Shown: positions 39,401 to 53,400, counted from the first letter of the stretch. The stretch: DNA of 64,000 nt from Styela clava (GCF_964204865.1 NC_135258.1:14446001-14510000), one strand, 5' to 3'. Numbers and translations are program-made. Notes: generated by a model from the letters alone, not told the origin.

Positions 39401-42400
39401 TTATGAATATTCACAGATTGAAGAAAATAAAGTGGACGAGACGCCACTGGTGAAACAACTCACAAATACCAAAGCTAAAAGAAAATTAAGAACTACTGTT
39501 AAACGAAAGATTAATGTGGTATGATCTTGACATTTGCTTTTTATTGAAATTTATTTCGAACAAAGCTAAGGTAGATTGTTTATTGGGTCTAGGAATTTAT
39601 ATTCCGCTTGACCTGCTATTGAGCATTATTCACTTTATTTATCACACACTAGGCGAAATGATGCGCTTGGTCAAAGCACTGGACGTGTAGAAAGTTAAAC
39701 GAAAAATCTATAACATACAGTGTCCTCACATAGCTTGGGCAACATCCTATCTCAAATTGCACATCTTAATGGAAGCAATTCATCATTTTCTTTTCAGAAA
39801 AGTGATGTGGACTCAGATAACGAAGATGCTGATTTTCAACCCATTGTTAATTCACCCAGTTCTAGTGAAAATGACAGTGATTTTGAACCTAAAATGGAAA
39901 CAAAGAAATCACCAGCTAAGAAAAGCCGTAGCAATGTCCAAGGAAATACTACTAAAAAGACGTCTGCAGGTATCTATTTTTAACTCAAAAAGCTTATATA
40001 ATCTAATCACCTAAATGGTAATCTTATAACTTGGCAATTGGCAAATCATGCCAATTATGCCTAAGGATTATGCTCACTCTTGATCTGCTGACCACCCAAA
40101 ATTAATTTTTTGCAAGAGGATTGCTCACGCACCGACTGTTAAACTGCTGATTCTTGTGGCATTTGATTATAGGTGGTTTTAAAATTTGGTTTCATATGTC
40201 GTGTGTTTAAGATTGTTGTATCTTTTTGCACTTATCAAGGCATGCCCAACTGTAGCAGTTTTTAGTGCTTCAGATAATTTTGTTTTACGGTGAAAATAAT
40301 TTTAAAACTACTTATTCAGTAAACGTTTACATATATTTTTAAGGCAAAGCCAAAACAAAGAAAGTGACATCTCGAAAAACTTCTGCAGCAAAACGAACAG
40401 TGAGCAGTGCAGATTGTTATGATCAATGGATAGAAGTATTTTCTGAAGAGGTATTTTAGGTTGAAAATTTTGAGGTTTATAGATTGGTTAGTACCTAACT
40501 TAAATATAAAATAAACCGTTTTAGTTCTTACCTCCACACTGTCCAGCTGGACATGATATCATATTAATTCCTTATTATTCAATTTTAAGAACAGAAATAA
40601 AATTCAAACAACTCTGTGTGTTCTTCACTTTGACTACACTTTTTCCACATGTAATTAAAACATTTTATTAACATGTAGATGGCAGTATATATTATATGGT
40701 TATAATTTTAGCTGCATTACCTTTTCTGAAAATTCACTAATTTTCGTATTCTGAATATATGTATTCAAATCATAATGATATATATAATATTTGTTAGAGT
40801 GACCGTCGCAGGGATGCTCGTTATCTCCTTTTTTGTTTTTTATTTATATATTCTGCTGCTATTTTTACCAACCAGCAGTTTATATTTTTGAATTGATTTC
40901 TAATTCAGGAGGGCAAGTGGATCTGTCTCGATGTATTCCGTTGCATTATCAATCATCCAGAAGAAATAGAAAAGTATTCTACTCCTCCTGTTCATTATGT
41001 CCTTGGATTTAGTAACAAAGATTACATTAAAGATATAACGCCTCGTTATGCAGCAAAATGGTTAACTGACACTAGAAAGTTGCGAGTTGGAATGGTTGAT
41101 AAAGATTGGTGGAAAGAAACACTGGCACCATACGCAGAACCTGATACGGTATACCCCTTCATTCTGTTACTTAGTAGTTCTAAAACTTTCATGCTCTGTC
41201 CGCCAATGACTCCCTAGATTGCACTTCTTATAAAATAAAAACTAGTTTTGCGGTTAACACGCATCAATCAGGTATTTTACGCCCCATGTTTAATTATAAA
41301 AAGGGCCATCAAACGGTCGAAAAATTAGACAATACCTAGTATAGACATTGTGATACTTGTGGTCTCCGAAGAACCACTTTGTGGTTACTTTTGAAAATCT
41401 CCATAAAAAAAAAACTGTTTTTTTTGGAGTACTCAATATTCCAAGTGCCATGTACTATAATCATTCGAATATTTCAACAGGTATTAGATGCTAAGGAAAA
41501 CAGAGACATGCAAGAAGCTCTTTTGGCTCAACCATTGCCTACAACCATATCCGCTCTTAAAAATCATCCATTGTTTGGTTTGAGGAGACATCTTCTCAAA
41601 TTTGAAGCTATCTATCCACCAGATGTACCTTCTGTTGGTCTTATAAGAGGAGAAGAGATATATCCTCGGTCATCGATATACACATTATGCAGCAGAGAAA
41701 AATGGCTTCAAGAGGTACGTCGGTATTGATTAAATTGAGAGCAGATATTTCAGTTTCCAATTATGTAATATGCAATTCTAAAACTAATAACTATATTGAA
41801 AGTTCTGTCTCATTATTGCAGGCAAGAAGTGTGAAAGATGGTGAAGAGCCTTACAAAATGGTGGCATCATTATGGATAAACATGAAGTTGAAACAAGATA
41901 TGTCAACATTGTCAATGCCACTGTTCGGAATTTGGCAAACTGAACCATATGTGCCACCTACTGCGAAGAATGGAAAGGTAAATCTTCATTTTGCATTTAA
42001 ATAAAAAGTCATCCTTGAACTAATTATTCTCAACGAAACTTTGGTAACTTCCAACACTACCATTTTGTAAAAGGTGCTTCACAGCCATCAGTTTGAATAA
42101 GATGTACCTAGGATGTAATTACTTCCTATAAAACTCTGACCTATGCTCCATTAATAAAAAAGAACGAAGCCTAAAAATATGGATATAAGGGTCGCGTGTC
42201 AATACCAAATCACCTTACTTGTGTAGTTTGCTGAAAAGATCAGTAGACAAGCAGGAAAATAACCAAACTGCTTCTATATATGAAATATAATGAAAACAAA
42301 TAAGGTTTGGGTGATATCTCTGGTGCCATAACCATAAGAATCTAAGGAAATTGAAAAAAAAAAGTAATGACCATATTTGAGTACAGAAAATTTAAAATTG

Positions 42401-44366
42401 ATCGATCCATTAGTTGCCATGAATAAGATTTTTCCCTCAAAAGAATAACAATCACCACACCAACAACAATAGTTTAGCAACATGATCCATATGTACACTC
42501 TTATTAATATTGAAACCATTCAAGTACTAGGAAATGGTGAAGTAATTTATGCTTATTGTAAAAATGAATGAAATGTAAGTTCTGGAATATTTTATTAATA
42601 TTATACTATATTAAACAGGTGCCGAAAAACCAATTTGGTAATGTTGATTTGTTCCAGCCAGAGATGTTACCTATTGGTTGCGTTCAGTTACGTCTGCCTG
42701 GGCTAAACAAAGTCGCTCGAAAGTTGGATATTGATGTTGCATTAGCTGTTATCGGTTTCGACACACATAATGGATATCCACATACTGTGTAAGTCCATTG
42801 GATACATTTGTTCTTTCAACTGTTACCTTAGGCTCTTTGGACGTGCTCAAAGAACCTATTTTCTGTAATACCCTATTCTGAAATATTTTTTCAACCAAGG
42901 ACCATGTTCTGGAGATTGTAATTTACGCCCGCTAGTTTGATTTGTGTCTGTGGTCTTTCCATCAGTTAGGCCTCTTTGAGACTCGGTAATGTGCTATACT
43001 GAACTGTGATTTTAACCAAGGGCAATGTACTTAAGATGGCTGTTATAGAATCCTGCCGTTTTGAAGTTTGAAATGTGCCTGCGGTCTTACCACCGGGTGA
43101 CCGTACATTTGAACCCGTATATCCGCGGGTCCAACCTATATGAGGGTGCTAAAATCCATGGGATAGGGTTAGTACGTGTTCAAATATCCGTAAAAAAAAA
43201 ATTTCTATAGGTGCAATAGTACGCAGGTGAAATTGTCGGAGGTTCAAATGTAATGGAACCTTACCACTGGTTATGCTATTCAAGCGCAGAGCTGTTGCCT
43301 ATATTATCTTTCTCTTAATAATTTGCAACCAACATCTTTCACAGCACGGATGGCTATATCGCCTGTATTGAGTATGCAGACACACTAGAAGAAGCATGGA
43401 AAGAAGACCAGCTGCATGCTGCAGAACGGGAGAGAGAGAAAAAGGATAAACGTGTTTATGGACATTGGAAATTTTTTATAAAAGCCATGTTAGCAAAAGA
43501 AAGAGTGAAAAGAAAATATGCTTATTTGGGAACAATGAGCACGGAAAAGGTTGCAACAAATTAAACATTGTTATTGAGATCTTCACTGATCTCATTTTTA
43601 ATACAATTCCTAATAGTTACCGTATCTATCTCTATTTTTATTGAAATTCTTGCATGATTAGATTTCTTCTTGGCTCAAAAACAATCTTAACTGAGTATAT
43701 AATATTCGGAACACCACTTCAATTAATTCAACTGAATTGGTCCAGCAGTTGATCTTTTGGCCTTTCACTCTAGAAATCAACCACTTCTAGTGAGTGATGT
43801 TAGTTGGATAACTTGTTCGGTACTCACCGTCAAAGACAGTAAATTGAAAATTTCAATCACATAAATGGGGCTTGGGTGTCGATGCTCGATAACCAGCTTT
43901 GGTTCCCCGAATCCCTGCGACTTTCCATTTCCAGTAAATCTGTGTAATTATCATTTTCTTGTATTTTGTGCTCGATTTTTCACTGGTTGGAGAAAATAAA
44001 CTTGACTAGACTCTGGTATTTTCATTTGGCAACTTCCAATACATATGAGATTCATTCCCTGTCGCCAATAGCTAATATATATAAAGCATATTACACCTGT
44101 GTATGTTTACGCAAAAGACGCGTTCATCCATAAGATTTTTCAAATCTGATTATTGTGCTGCTCTACTACGAAATTTAACTGCCACGGGGTTGGTGACTTA
44201 TAACACATTTCAATATTTTCAGGGATCTGCTGATCAAAATAACAACACTGAATCTAGTGCTGCATGGCAAGCAAAAAGAATTGAAGTAGCAAGGAGAATG
44301 TCTAAGCACATGAAACGAAGAAAACTTCCCATTGGAAATCAAAAGGAGGAATTGTTTCCATTCTGA
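36491..44366 (+). CDS. XPC: DNA damage recognition factor XPC/Rad4, ~15 exons
   Basis: Acidic [11 protein letters not shown] motif, [78 protein letters not shown]-terminal LFPF*. The start codon is tentative because an upstream exon cannot be excluded. Confidence 0.93.
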
Positions 44367-44446
44367 TGAATCAAGCAATCATGAACATTTTTTAGGAATT
44401 ATTTTTACTGCCATTATTAAATTGCTTTCCATTTCATATCTAATTC

Positions 44447-44545
44447 TCTCACTTTGCAGTATTTCTTTTGTCGATTGTACATAAATTTCTGGAAATACCT
44501 CACTTTGCAGTATTTTTTTTGCTGATTGTACATAAATTTCTTGAA
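44447..44545. repeat. ~52-bp tandem duplication in the XPC 3' region
   Basis: CTCACTTTGCAGTATTT..GATTGTACATAAATTTCT occurs twice. Confidence 0.85.
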
Positions 44546-45118
44546 AAATAGTTGAATTTGATTCACTATGCAGTCAATAGTTTGACAAAGGTTTAAACAT
44601 CGGAAGCATAGGTGAAATGCATGTTAGGGGTCTCCTTCTCCATGGTTCGACTCTAGTTGTTGATTTTTTATGAGGCAGCAAATATTGTTAAATACTGATT
44701 CAATACTGTTTACAGACATTGTGAGGCGGATAGTATACGCTACAGGATAGTCCAGTACATTTAAAGAAGTTTGTAATTGAATCAAAATGTATGTATGTAA
44801 TTGTGAAAAAATTTGTCCAACAGCAGGGAGGGAAGGGACACAATATTTTGCCCATCCCCTGAACCAGTCAGTCATTCAATGTACTGGGTCCGATTAATAA
44901 TATTAATGGTTAACTGTTGGTCAGCCATGATTTTCACTAGTGTTTAAGCTGAATGATTAAAAAATGCTCCAGATCTAAATTTCAAATATTTTATGAAATA
45001 CTTATTCAAATGAAACAACACAATCAATAAATACAAACAAAGCATGAAATCTCATTGTGAGCTGATAGCGCATTGTTATTCTATTCATTTTACGGTCTCA
45101 AAATGAAGGATCTCGTCT

Positions 45119-45298
45119 TCAGTCAGGCTTTTGTGATACAAAAATCTCAGTATGCAATTCCCCTTTCTTCACTCGCCCATCCGGTATTGATGTATCAGGC
45201 CGATAAATCATATGAACAGTCTGACTTCCAGCGGCAGTGCAGAGAGCAGCAGAAAACATATAACGGATAAAATATGACCATGAATGTCCATATGGCAT
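45119..45298 (-). CDS. UQCC6: BRAWNIN / UQCC6 / C12orf73 (Drosophila sloth2) microprotein, 59 aa
   Basis: Manual translation: MPYGHSWSYFIRYMFSAALCTAAGSQTVHMIYRPDTSIPDGRVKKGELHTEIFVSQKPD*. It aligns with human BRAWNIN as recalled (MPAGVPMSTYLKMFAASLLAMCAGAEVVHRYYRPDLTIPEIPPKRGELKTEL). Not in the supplied ORF track. Confidence 0.9.
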   Translation of the reverse strand: MPYGHSWSYFIRYMFSAALCTAAGSQTVHMIYRPDTSIPDGRVKKGELHTEIFVSQKPD

Positions 45299-45317
45299 TT
45301 TAGATTTTACTTATTAT

Positions 45318-46114
45318 TTATTTATTCTGGAAATTTTGATCAGATTCTTCAATACTTGATTCAAATTTTCTGTTAGCTTGGTTTCTTCTCCAGACGTCAT
45401 CTAGAAAATACATAGCCTACATTACATATTATGGTGCAGTTACAGAATCAATTTGGCTTTACTGTTTCCAAATCAAAAATTTAGGTTCAAACTTTGGTTT
45501 CTAACTCATTGATAGATTTTCTGTAATTCGAAATTACGGCAACAATCTATTCATATATATACTCCCAGTTTCAGTATGTGGTTGAAAATATGAATAAAGT
45601 CAAATTAGGGCAATTACTGGTAATTCAAATAAATTTTCCATAAACAAGTTTCTCAATCAAAAATAAGTAGTGACATAATCTCAAAACGGTTTTCCAGTTT
45701 CCTACAACTGCTAAACTGAAATAAGAAATTAAATTTCTGGTCCTTTAGCCACATATATGGAAATGCTAGAATTTACATATTTATCCTGGGAGAAAGGAAA
45801 GTCGTAAAGGCAATATTGCAAACCACGACTATGTTCTCCTAGCTTTACGTGGCGGGAAACCCACAATCTGTATGTATTTTGTACTTCACTTATTGTTGTA
45901 ATTCAAATAATATAGATAGCCTATAACAGTATGGCCTATTACCGTACTCACAAAAAGTTTCTCCTCCAGCTGCAGGCACGTTGATCATGAACCATTCCAT
46001 GCAAGCTCCAGCCAGAAAGAAAACCGGCATATATTTATACGGTGAATTGATACTAGGTAAATAACCTCTCCTTACACTAACAATAATATCAAGAAACCTG
46101 TCAAGAACGCCCAT
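45318..46114 (-). CDS. UQCC5: SMIM4 / UQCC5 (Drosophila sloth1) microprotein, 81 aa, 2 exons
   Basis: Exons 46114-45952 and 45400-45318, GT-AG intron. YKYMPVFFLAGACMEWFMINVPAAGGETFYDVWRRNQANR matches SMIM4 as recalled (YRFLPFFFVLGGTMEWIMIKVRVGQETFYDVYRRKASER). Confidence 0.92.
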
Positions 46115-46855
46115 TTGAAAAACTTTGGTGAAATCGTAAAAACTCGAAGCGATAACTTGAAATTGTAAGACGACTCCAGATACGACATATCAGCGGTCGC
46201 TCACGACTTTATCCTCCACAAGTCCGTGCCTCTTTAAAAAAACTTGTAAACTATTCTCACACCGGTACTTGGACTGGTAACCGAATATTTTAAGATTACA
46301 CAACTATTCACATTGATACGATAAATCATAATGTAAACAATATTATTTCAATGTTCGTGACAAAAGGTGAATAAATTGAAAAAGAAATATGGCTCGGCGA
46401 TGTGGCGCACTTCTCATGGGGAAAGTTTTTTGGGGTCAAGGGTCGGAGAAGCATCTCCCTGTTGAAAAACTCAAAAATTGTAAAAGCATTAAAACATAGG
46501 TAACGTTAGATAGGCTAGTTTATTTTTATTCTCCCCGGTGGGCAAGTGAGGCAGTGACTGAGGCTTCGCGCCACGGTAGTTTCATTATCGTGGTTTAAAT
46601 AAAAAAAATAAACAAACAGCATAATTTGCGCGATTTTTAAATTTTCAGCGCCTGAAATGATTACGGTACCACGGTGTTGCGCTTGATGGATCATGGATGC
46701 AGAAAATCAATGTAACTAGATGATAAATATGAACATAAAGTAATTGGATACCGGTACCGTACCGCAGATTATTGGAAAAAATGTACATTGTGCAGTAACT
46801 CTGCAGTTTCGGTGATTATATATAAGGTATATCTTTTGTTGTTTATATATTTGGC

Positions 46856-47170
46856 GTGGCGGTGCTATAGTGGTGGCTCATCCAGTCATCGTGCTAAGCG
46901 TTAGGAATACGCTTACCACCGCAAATCTGATTACTTTGCGTGGGTTCGAATTCCGTGCGAGAGCATTGCTGGGCTTCTGGCCGCCGTAAGGTAACTTCCT
47001 CCACCATCAAGTCCATGCTTGCGAAAAGAAATAACTAACTACAGAACTAATCCCATACCCAACATGGAATGGTAACTGGACGAGAGGCCTTGGTTCGCAT
47101 ATGGTTAAGTCGCCTTATTGGCTTTCCTCTCCCCTGGGCTGCCGGAATAAATATGTAAATCCTATCTTAT
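46856..47170 (+). mobile_element. tRNA-derived SINE upstream of the CENP-T start codon
   Basis: TGGCTCA..GCTAAGCGTTAGGAATACGC..GGGTTCGAATTCC..CAAGTCCATGCTT..CTAATCCCATACCC..; same family as 27079-27355. A decayed copy lies at ~61060-61240. Confidence 0.85.
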
Positions 47171-47472
47171 TATTTATTCATCCTTACTTATTCTGTACAG
47201 TAATTATTGTATATTCCACATTCAGACACAGTGAAACCAACAAATTCAAAATATACATGCTTGGTTTAAATATAAAAAATGCATTAAAGTACTTGGCATA
47301 TCGCAAAATTCGAAATGTTTTTTCTAATTGCATAGACAGACAGTATAATTGTTGTATACTGAAATAGAGCTAGATAGTTTATTTTGCAAACTCCATAATA
47401 CACACAAATAGTTATTACACTATTTATCGCTTTCTAATTCTGTTCTGGGTATATATCCCCCATCATCTGACC

Positions 47473-50400
47473 ATGGAGAGCAAGAGTGAAGATGCTGAGA
47501 CTCCAAGAACTCTCTTTAGTTCGATGTTGCAACATGTGAAACCAGTGGAAACAATTCGGCGTCCTGCAGGAAGACCTGTTCATAATACTGATTCCAGGCA
47601 TAGACGATCAAACAGGATATCTATGAATACCAGGTATTGGTTGATAAGCATTTCCCAATTAAATCAGAAATTATGGCGCGAAAACGAATTTTATGTGATG
47701 CATGAAAGTGCCAATTCAATTTTAGATAAATAGTTTTTTTTTGAATACTCCATAATAAACAGAAATTAAAAATTCCGTAGAGAGCAAAATCTTCAAAAAG
47801 TTTAAAACATAATAAATATCATGTGTCCGCTCACCAGCGCACATAAAAAACAAACAAACCTCATTAAATGAGTTGGGCCATAAAAACACACAGAAAATAT
47901 ACGAATGTATCAAACTTTAGGTTCGTCTGCCGCTGTATTGGTATAACAACCAATGGACAGATAGAACTAATTTATTACAATTTTATGATAGTGACTTTTT
48001 GAAATCTTATTCCTGCAAGTATTATCACTGGACTGTTAGCTTACAAATCTTTAACAAACATTACTATTTAATTGCAGCCAAGCTAAAATTAAGCGAAAAT
48101 CTACCGGATCAGCAATTTCTGATAAGTCCCCAGAATTTTTACCTACTCCTAAAGGATTAATAGATGATGTTCTGAAACAACAGTCTATCAAAAAAACAGT
48201 ACATGTTGCTCTACGTCAAACTCATCCAACTATACTTGTAGATGTTAACGAAACAGAAAGGTACAATTTTATATATTCTGAACTATTTTTCATTATGTAT
48301 CTGAAGCGTGAAGTCTAATTTTATCTATAAGTTGAATCTATGAAATCTTAATAAAATATTTTGTTTCTTATTTAATACTTTACGCTATCACATCACCTCA
48401 TTTACAAAATCTGAATTTGTGATATTCTCAGTCCAGCACCGGTTGCTGCAGTTGTTGACCAAGAAGATCGAGCAGATGTTGAAAAATTCAAAAAGACTCC
48501 GATTCCTACGATACAAAAGGCTGATGATTCTTCTAAATGGTAATGCTCACACATGATTGAATAATATATATTTTATCTTTTACAGAATGATTTTTAAATA
48601 TTTGTTGGATGTATACAAGCATTCATTTCAGATATTTTAAATGCTGTTAGTGTGTGGTGCAAACTCCTAGCATATCCTACTAGCCCACTTACTTTTTATG
48701 TACTTAGTGCTCATTTTATTGATGAAAATCGAATAGTTACAACAATTGGCAGATTTGTGACACTATCATTAGAATCTGATAGTGTGTTTGCTTAGATTAT
48801 CATGAGACAAGTTTTATGTTAGTAAAAATCTTAGGTATAAGGTTTGATAGTCGGAGAGTTGTAATCAGTATCAAATAATATAATACTATATGTGTCCAAT
48901 GTAACAATAACCATTTTTTTAGTAATAGTTTCAGTTTTATTTTAAGGTCGTCTCTTGATGGGGAAGATGAAATATTATTTCACCATAAACCCAGAGAAAA
49001 AAGGATGAGGTAAAAACTTGTATACAAAGTATTATTGCGATATCCAATCAGACTTCATGTTTTCTTTTTTGGATTCAATTATATTTTTGGTAAATATCTG
49101 TTGAGAAGTCAAATCATAGCAAGTTTACTTTGAAGCATGTTATTGTTATAGAAATATATTCTATTCCGTCAATGAACAATCAAGGCAACAATGTTTGATT
49201 ATGCTTGAATGTTGATTCGCAATCAGATATCAGAAGTTTATTATTTATCTATCCCTCCCTCAATAACCTTAAATGGGACCTCCTGAAGTATACGCATGGC
49301 GCACAACCTGAACTCAGGTTAGGCTTCAGGTTGTGTGACATCTTGGTGCATATACTTCAGGAGTACCCTTAAATGTATACAAACAACACTGTCTATTTAA
49401 TAAAAAGATTTATCCGAAATTCCTAAGCCAGAATCAAATTTACCAGAACATATCTCGTATACTTCAAATTGCAGAACAACTCCTTTTTTCAGACTCTCGG
49501 ATATAAATCTATCGAAAGTAGCAGCCAATGCTGAATCTACATCTTTCTCTCAAGATTTGATGTCAAAAGTACAAGCTCTTATAAACAAAAACAAAGAAGC
49601 TGAGGCAGCGAGTCCAAAAGATGTTTCAAAATCTGTTTCTAATAAAAAACAAAATATATATTCTACTCCTTTGCTAAGCTCAACACGTATAACGAGGTAA
49701 AGCACTACAAGATTTCTGGTTTACTCTTCAACGATGTTAATAAGGTGGTTTTAATGAAGTCCTGTTACAATTTTCAATTTGCTGTGATTAACTCTCTCTA
49801 ACCAGGTTTGTTTTGTTTATAATCAGTGTTTATATAATTTTTTTTTATTATATTTAACACACCTGTGGGGTCCAATAAACTATAATATATAGTATTAATA
49901 AATTCTCTTTGCACTTTAAAACATTTTATGACTTTATGAACTCTATGTATATATTTATCATTTTTTTGTTTTCTATTTTATGCTCTAGTTTCTTCGAGCC
50001 AGCTCGTAAGGATGCAACGACTGACACATATTTTTTAAATGAGAGTATTATACCCACAAATCATGTAAAATCTGAAAAAGAAGAAGAGAAATTTCCATCA
50101 CATTTTTCATCACACACCACAGTAATAGGTGAGAAATAAAAAGTAGTTTTGTACAACATCCTTTTTTGTTTTAAAAAACACTTTTTTTGTTGTTGTTAGC
50201 TCTGAACAAGACTCTGTACAAATAGCCACGATATATGTGGAAGGACTGGGTTTTATTTCACTCTGGGTGACGGGGTGGGCTTGAGATTCGAATCAGAAAT
50301 GCTTAACCTGCGATTCCAACACGCCCCGCGAAGGCGAGAAATCCTGCCAAAAAAATTATCTAATATGGAATTCGTAACATGAGTTATTAGTACGATGATG

Positions 50401-53400
50401 ACAAGTGTGTTCGTGTCTTGTATGTAATGCTTGTGAATTCAAAATTTTGAATTTGATATATATATATACACACATTATCAGTCAGTGTGTCACTCGAATT
50501 TTATTTTTTTTTTCAGAGAATCCAAATGAAGGAACACCAGATGATCATATTTTACCTGATAAAGAGGTTATAAATTTATATTTATAATGTGTACCAGCAT
50601 ATGATTTTTATTTTTGTGGACACATATGTTGCACTAACTCTTTACCCATCTTTTATCATATATATGTATATTGTATATGTATCAAAACAATTACATGGAA
50701 ATTTTTTTCGTTGCACAACACAGTGGTTCATATTGTCCAGAATCTATTCAAATACTAAATATCGCTCAAGCTTGTAATGATTTTGCAATGCTGCCTGGAC
50801 CTAAGCGAATGGTGTTAAAAAATTTATTTTCTGGTTTCGCCAGCCTTGTCTGCCAGTTCTTTGTCTTCTTGATTGTTACAATAATTCTGGCCATACCATA
50901 TTTTTATTTCCACTCTTATTTGACGGATTTGCTTCATGTAAATATAAAAGATCATATATCTTCTTTTGTAGATTGTTACTTCAACAATAGAAAATTCAGA
51001 TAATGAGATTGAAGGACCCTTAGAATTGAGCAGAATCTTTAATGGTACGAAGACTTTGTATTCTATAATAATATATATTTGACTCTTCTGTATTCAGATC
51101 AGTCTGATCTCTAGTGCAAATTTTACCCAATGAAAAATAAAAAAATTTGTGTTTTTTTCCCCCAGAAACGGATACATCACAAGTGCCCAGTCCACATAGC
51201 AATGGTTCAGCTTTCAAAAATCAACGCTTTCCGAATGACCATGCACCTAATGATATTATTACTGATGAGAAGCCTGTGGATACATCTTCAACATCAAATC
51301 TTCGCAGGCGTCAAAGTGTGGTATGTGTTTTACTGTTGCTTACACAATAGCTCTGTGGGCTGCATGGAATTAGGTGCTTCAGTGGATTGCAAACTTGCTT
51401 GTGCTCGTTACGGGCTTTTAGTTTTTTCTGTGTTTATTCTAGTAAAAATGATGGAACTACCCATAATCACAAGATTCATCCACAGTTGTACGGAAAATGC
51501 TTCAAACCTTACAATGAAATTTGTTCTTTCATATCTTTATGGTCATTTGTCCTAAACGTATTGACTAAAACTTCTCATGTGCCTATCTTTATCTTCTTAT
51601 TTTCTTTAATATCATTCAGCAAAGATGTATAAAAGTGTCCAACCAAGCTATTTTGTGACATGTGTTTGGAACCAATAAAAACTGTCAACTTATGAATTTT
51701 GTCTTGTGCCTTGTGGTTGAACCTTTACATGTCTACCCACCTCATAAATATTTTATGTGAATTTATTCCATGATGACTTCCAAATTGGTTGGAACTAGTC
51801 AATTTCATCTTTGTCTATTGCTAGTATATCATTTACTTTTCAGCATCACCAAACTGTTCCAGTGGTCATTGAAAATGAACAAAATGCAGGTATTTGTTAC
51901 GTAATATACATAAACTGGAAAATATAATTACAGTTGTGAATTCGCAAAAACTTACAATAAACTTTTCCCTAACTTAAAAGTCAATAATATATGATTTAAT
52001 GGTTTAAAGCAGCGTTTCTCAAATTTTTTTTTGCCCTGAAACACCTAGTACTGCTTTTAGCTAGCCTTGCGGAACACCGAGAAATTAGAAGGTAAAATTT
52101 ATTGGTTTTCAAAAAATTTAGCCCATGGTAAAGATTTCTGTAAACTTGACAGATAAGAAATTAGGCCGAGGGTTAACGATAATAAACGTTATCGGTGAGA
52201 GTTGAGAGACAAATTTATGACCCAGAGGCGACGAAGTACTGCCGAAATCGCCATGATGACCAATTTGGTCACGATTTCGGTCCCAGTCCAGCGGAACAGT
52301 TATGTTCTGGGAAACACTGGTTGAAGGTCATATCAAAATTTGAACTGGCTTCTCCAAAACTATTACTTTTATGCTTTAACCTATTTATATCAAGATACAA
52401 GCAAAGAGGCATCAGTTGGAGTAACATCACACAAGCTGATATCTCGTGAAAAGAAGTATGAAAATTATATGTTTGTTTTATTTTTAATATTTTAATTAAA
52501 TCTACAGTAATTTTAAATGGTAATATTCATTTTTAGGAATGCAAAAAAGCGAAAACTACTCAACAAACTTCCATTCCCCAGATCACAGCTTGCTGGGATT
52601 GTACAACACTACTCCACTTTGAAGATTTCTAAGTATATATGTTTTATTCTTTCATGCAATTCTTTATAGGACACAAAATGGCCATATGGGTCTTTTTGCT
52701 GAAGCGTTGTTGTTAGGGTGACTTTTTTGGAGCGAAAAAATTGCTTTTCTTGAACTAATGGACCAATTGATATCAGAGTTCTATGATATCCAATATTTCT
52801 CTGTTTCATTTTAATTCATATTAACACTATTTTTCATGGCTGTACTCCTTTTTAAATTTGCCAATTTTGTGATCAGCCATATTTCTGCATGAGTTGCATA
52901 GGTTACTGCTACTGGAGTTTGCTATTGGATGTTCATGTCCAATTTTCTAAATAAATATGTTTCTGGCGTCAAATTACTTGTAAACTTACATTTGATGACT
53001 AAGATAACAATTTAAAGTTAAAGAAACTTTTTTGAGTTCTTTCAATAAGGCTGTCGAACGTGTTTGAGGCATCTACTTAATTTTACTTCAGGGAAGCATT
53101 TGAGGAAATAGAAGATGTTTCTCGGCAATATTTTGAGAATACTATGAATGACTTGGAAGAAATCTGTCATAGGAAAAATAAGAAAATAATTTCATCTGAA
53201 GATGTTGTAAGACTTATGAAAAGGTCTGTTCCTGAAATAATAATTATTTTCGAAGCATTTTCTGCAAAGTCTCTAGAATACAAGTTTCCGAGATGAAACT
53301 GGCGTTTGTTGAATCTAGTGAAATTAAAACATTTCTTCTTTTAAACATATGAACAAAAAATTCCTAAAATCAGGTTCATACTTCGGAATAAATCCTCTGA

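Noticed and set aside
44624-44875. 83-aa ORF as a third cistron downstream of BRAWNIN
   Set aside because: No recognisable homology, and it lies beyond a minus-strand poly(A)-like signal near 45070-45090 and close to the convergent XPC 3' end.
50240-50350. GC-rich hairpin in a CENP-T intron as a snoRNA
   Set aside because: The reverse complement resembles SINE-like fragments elsewhere (~10010-10100); no box motifs.
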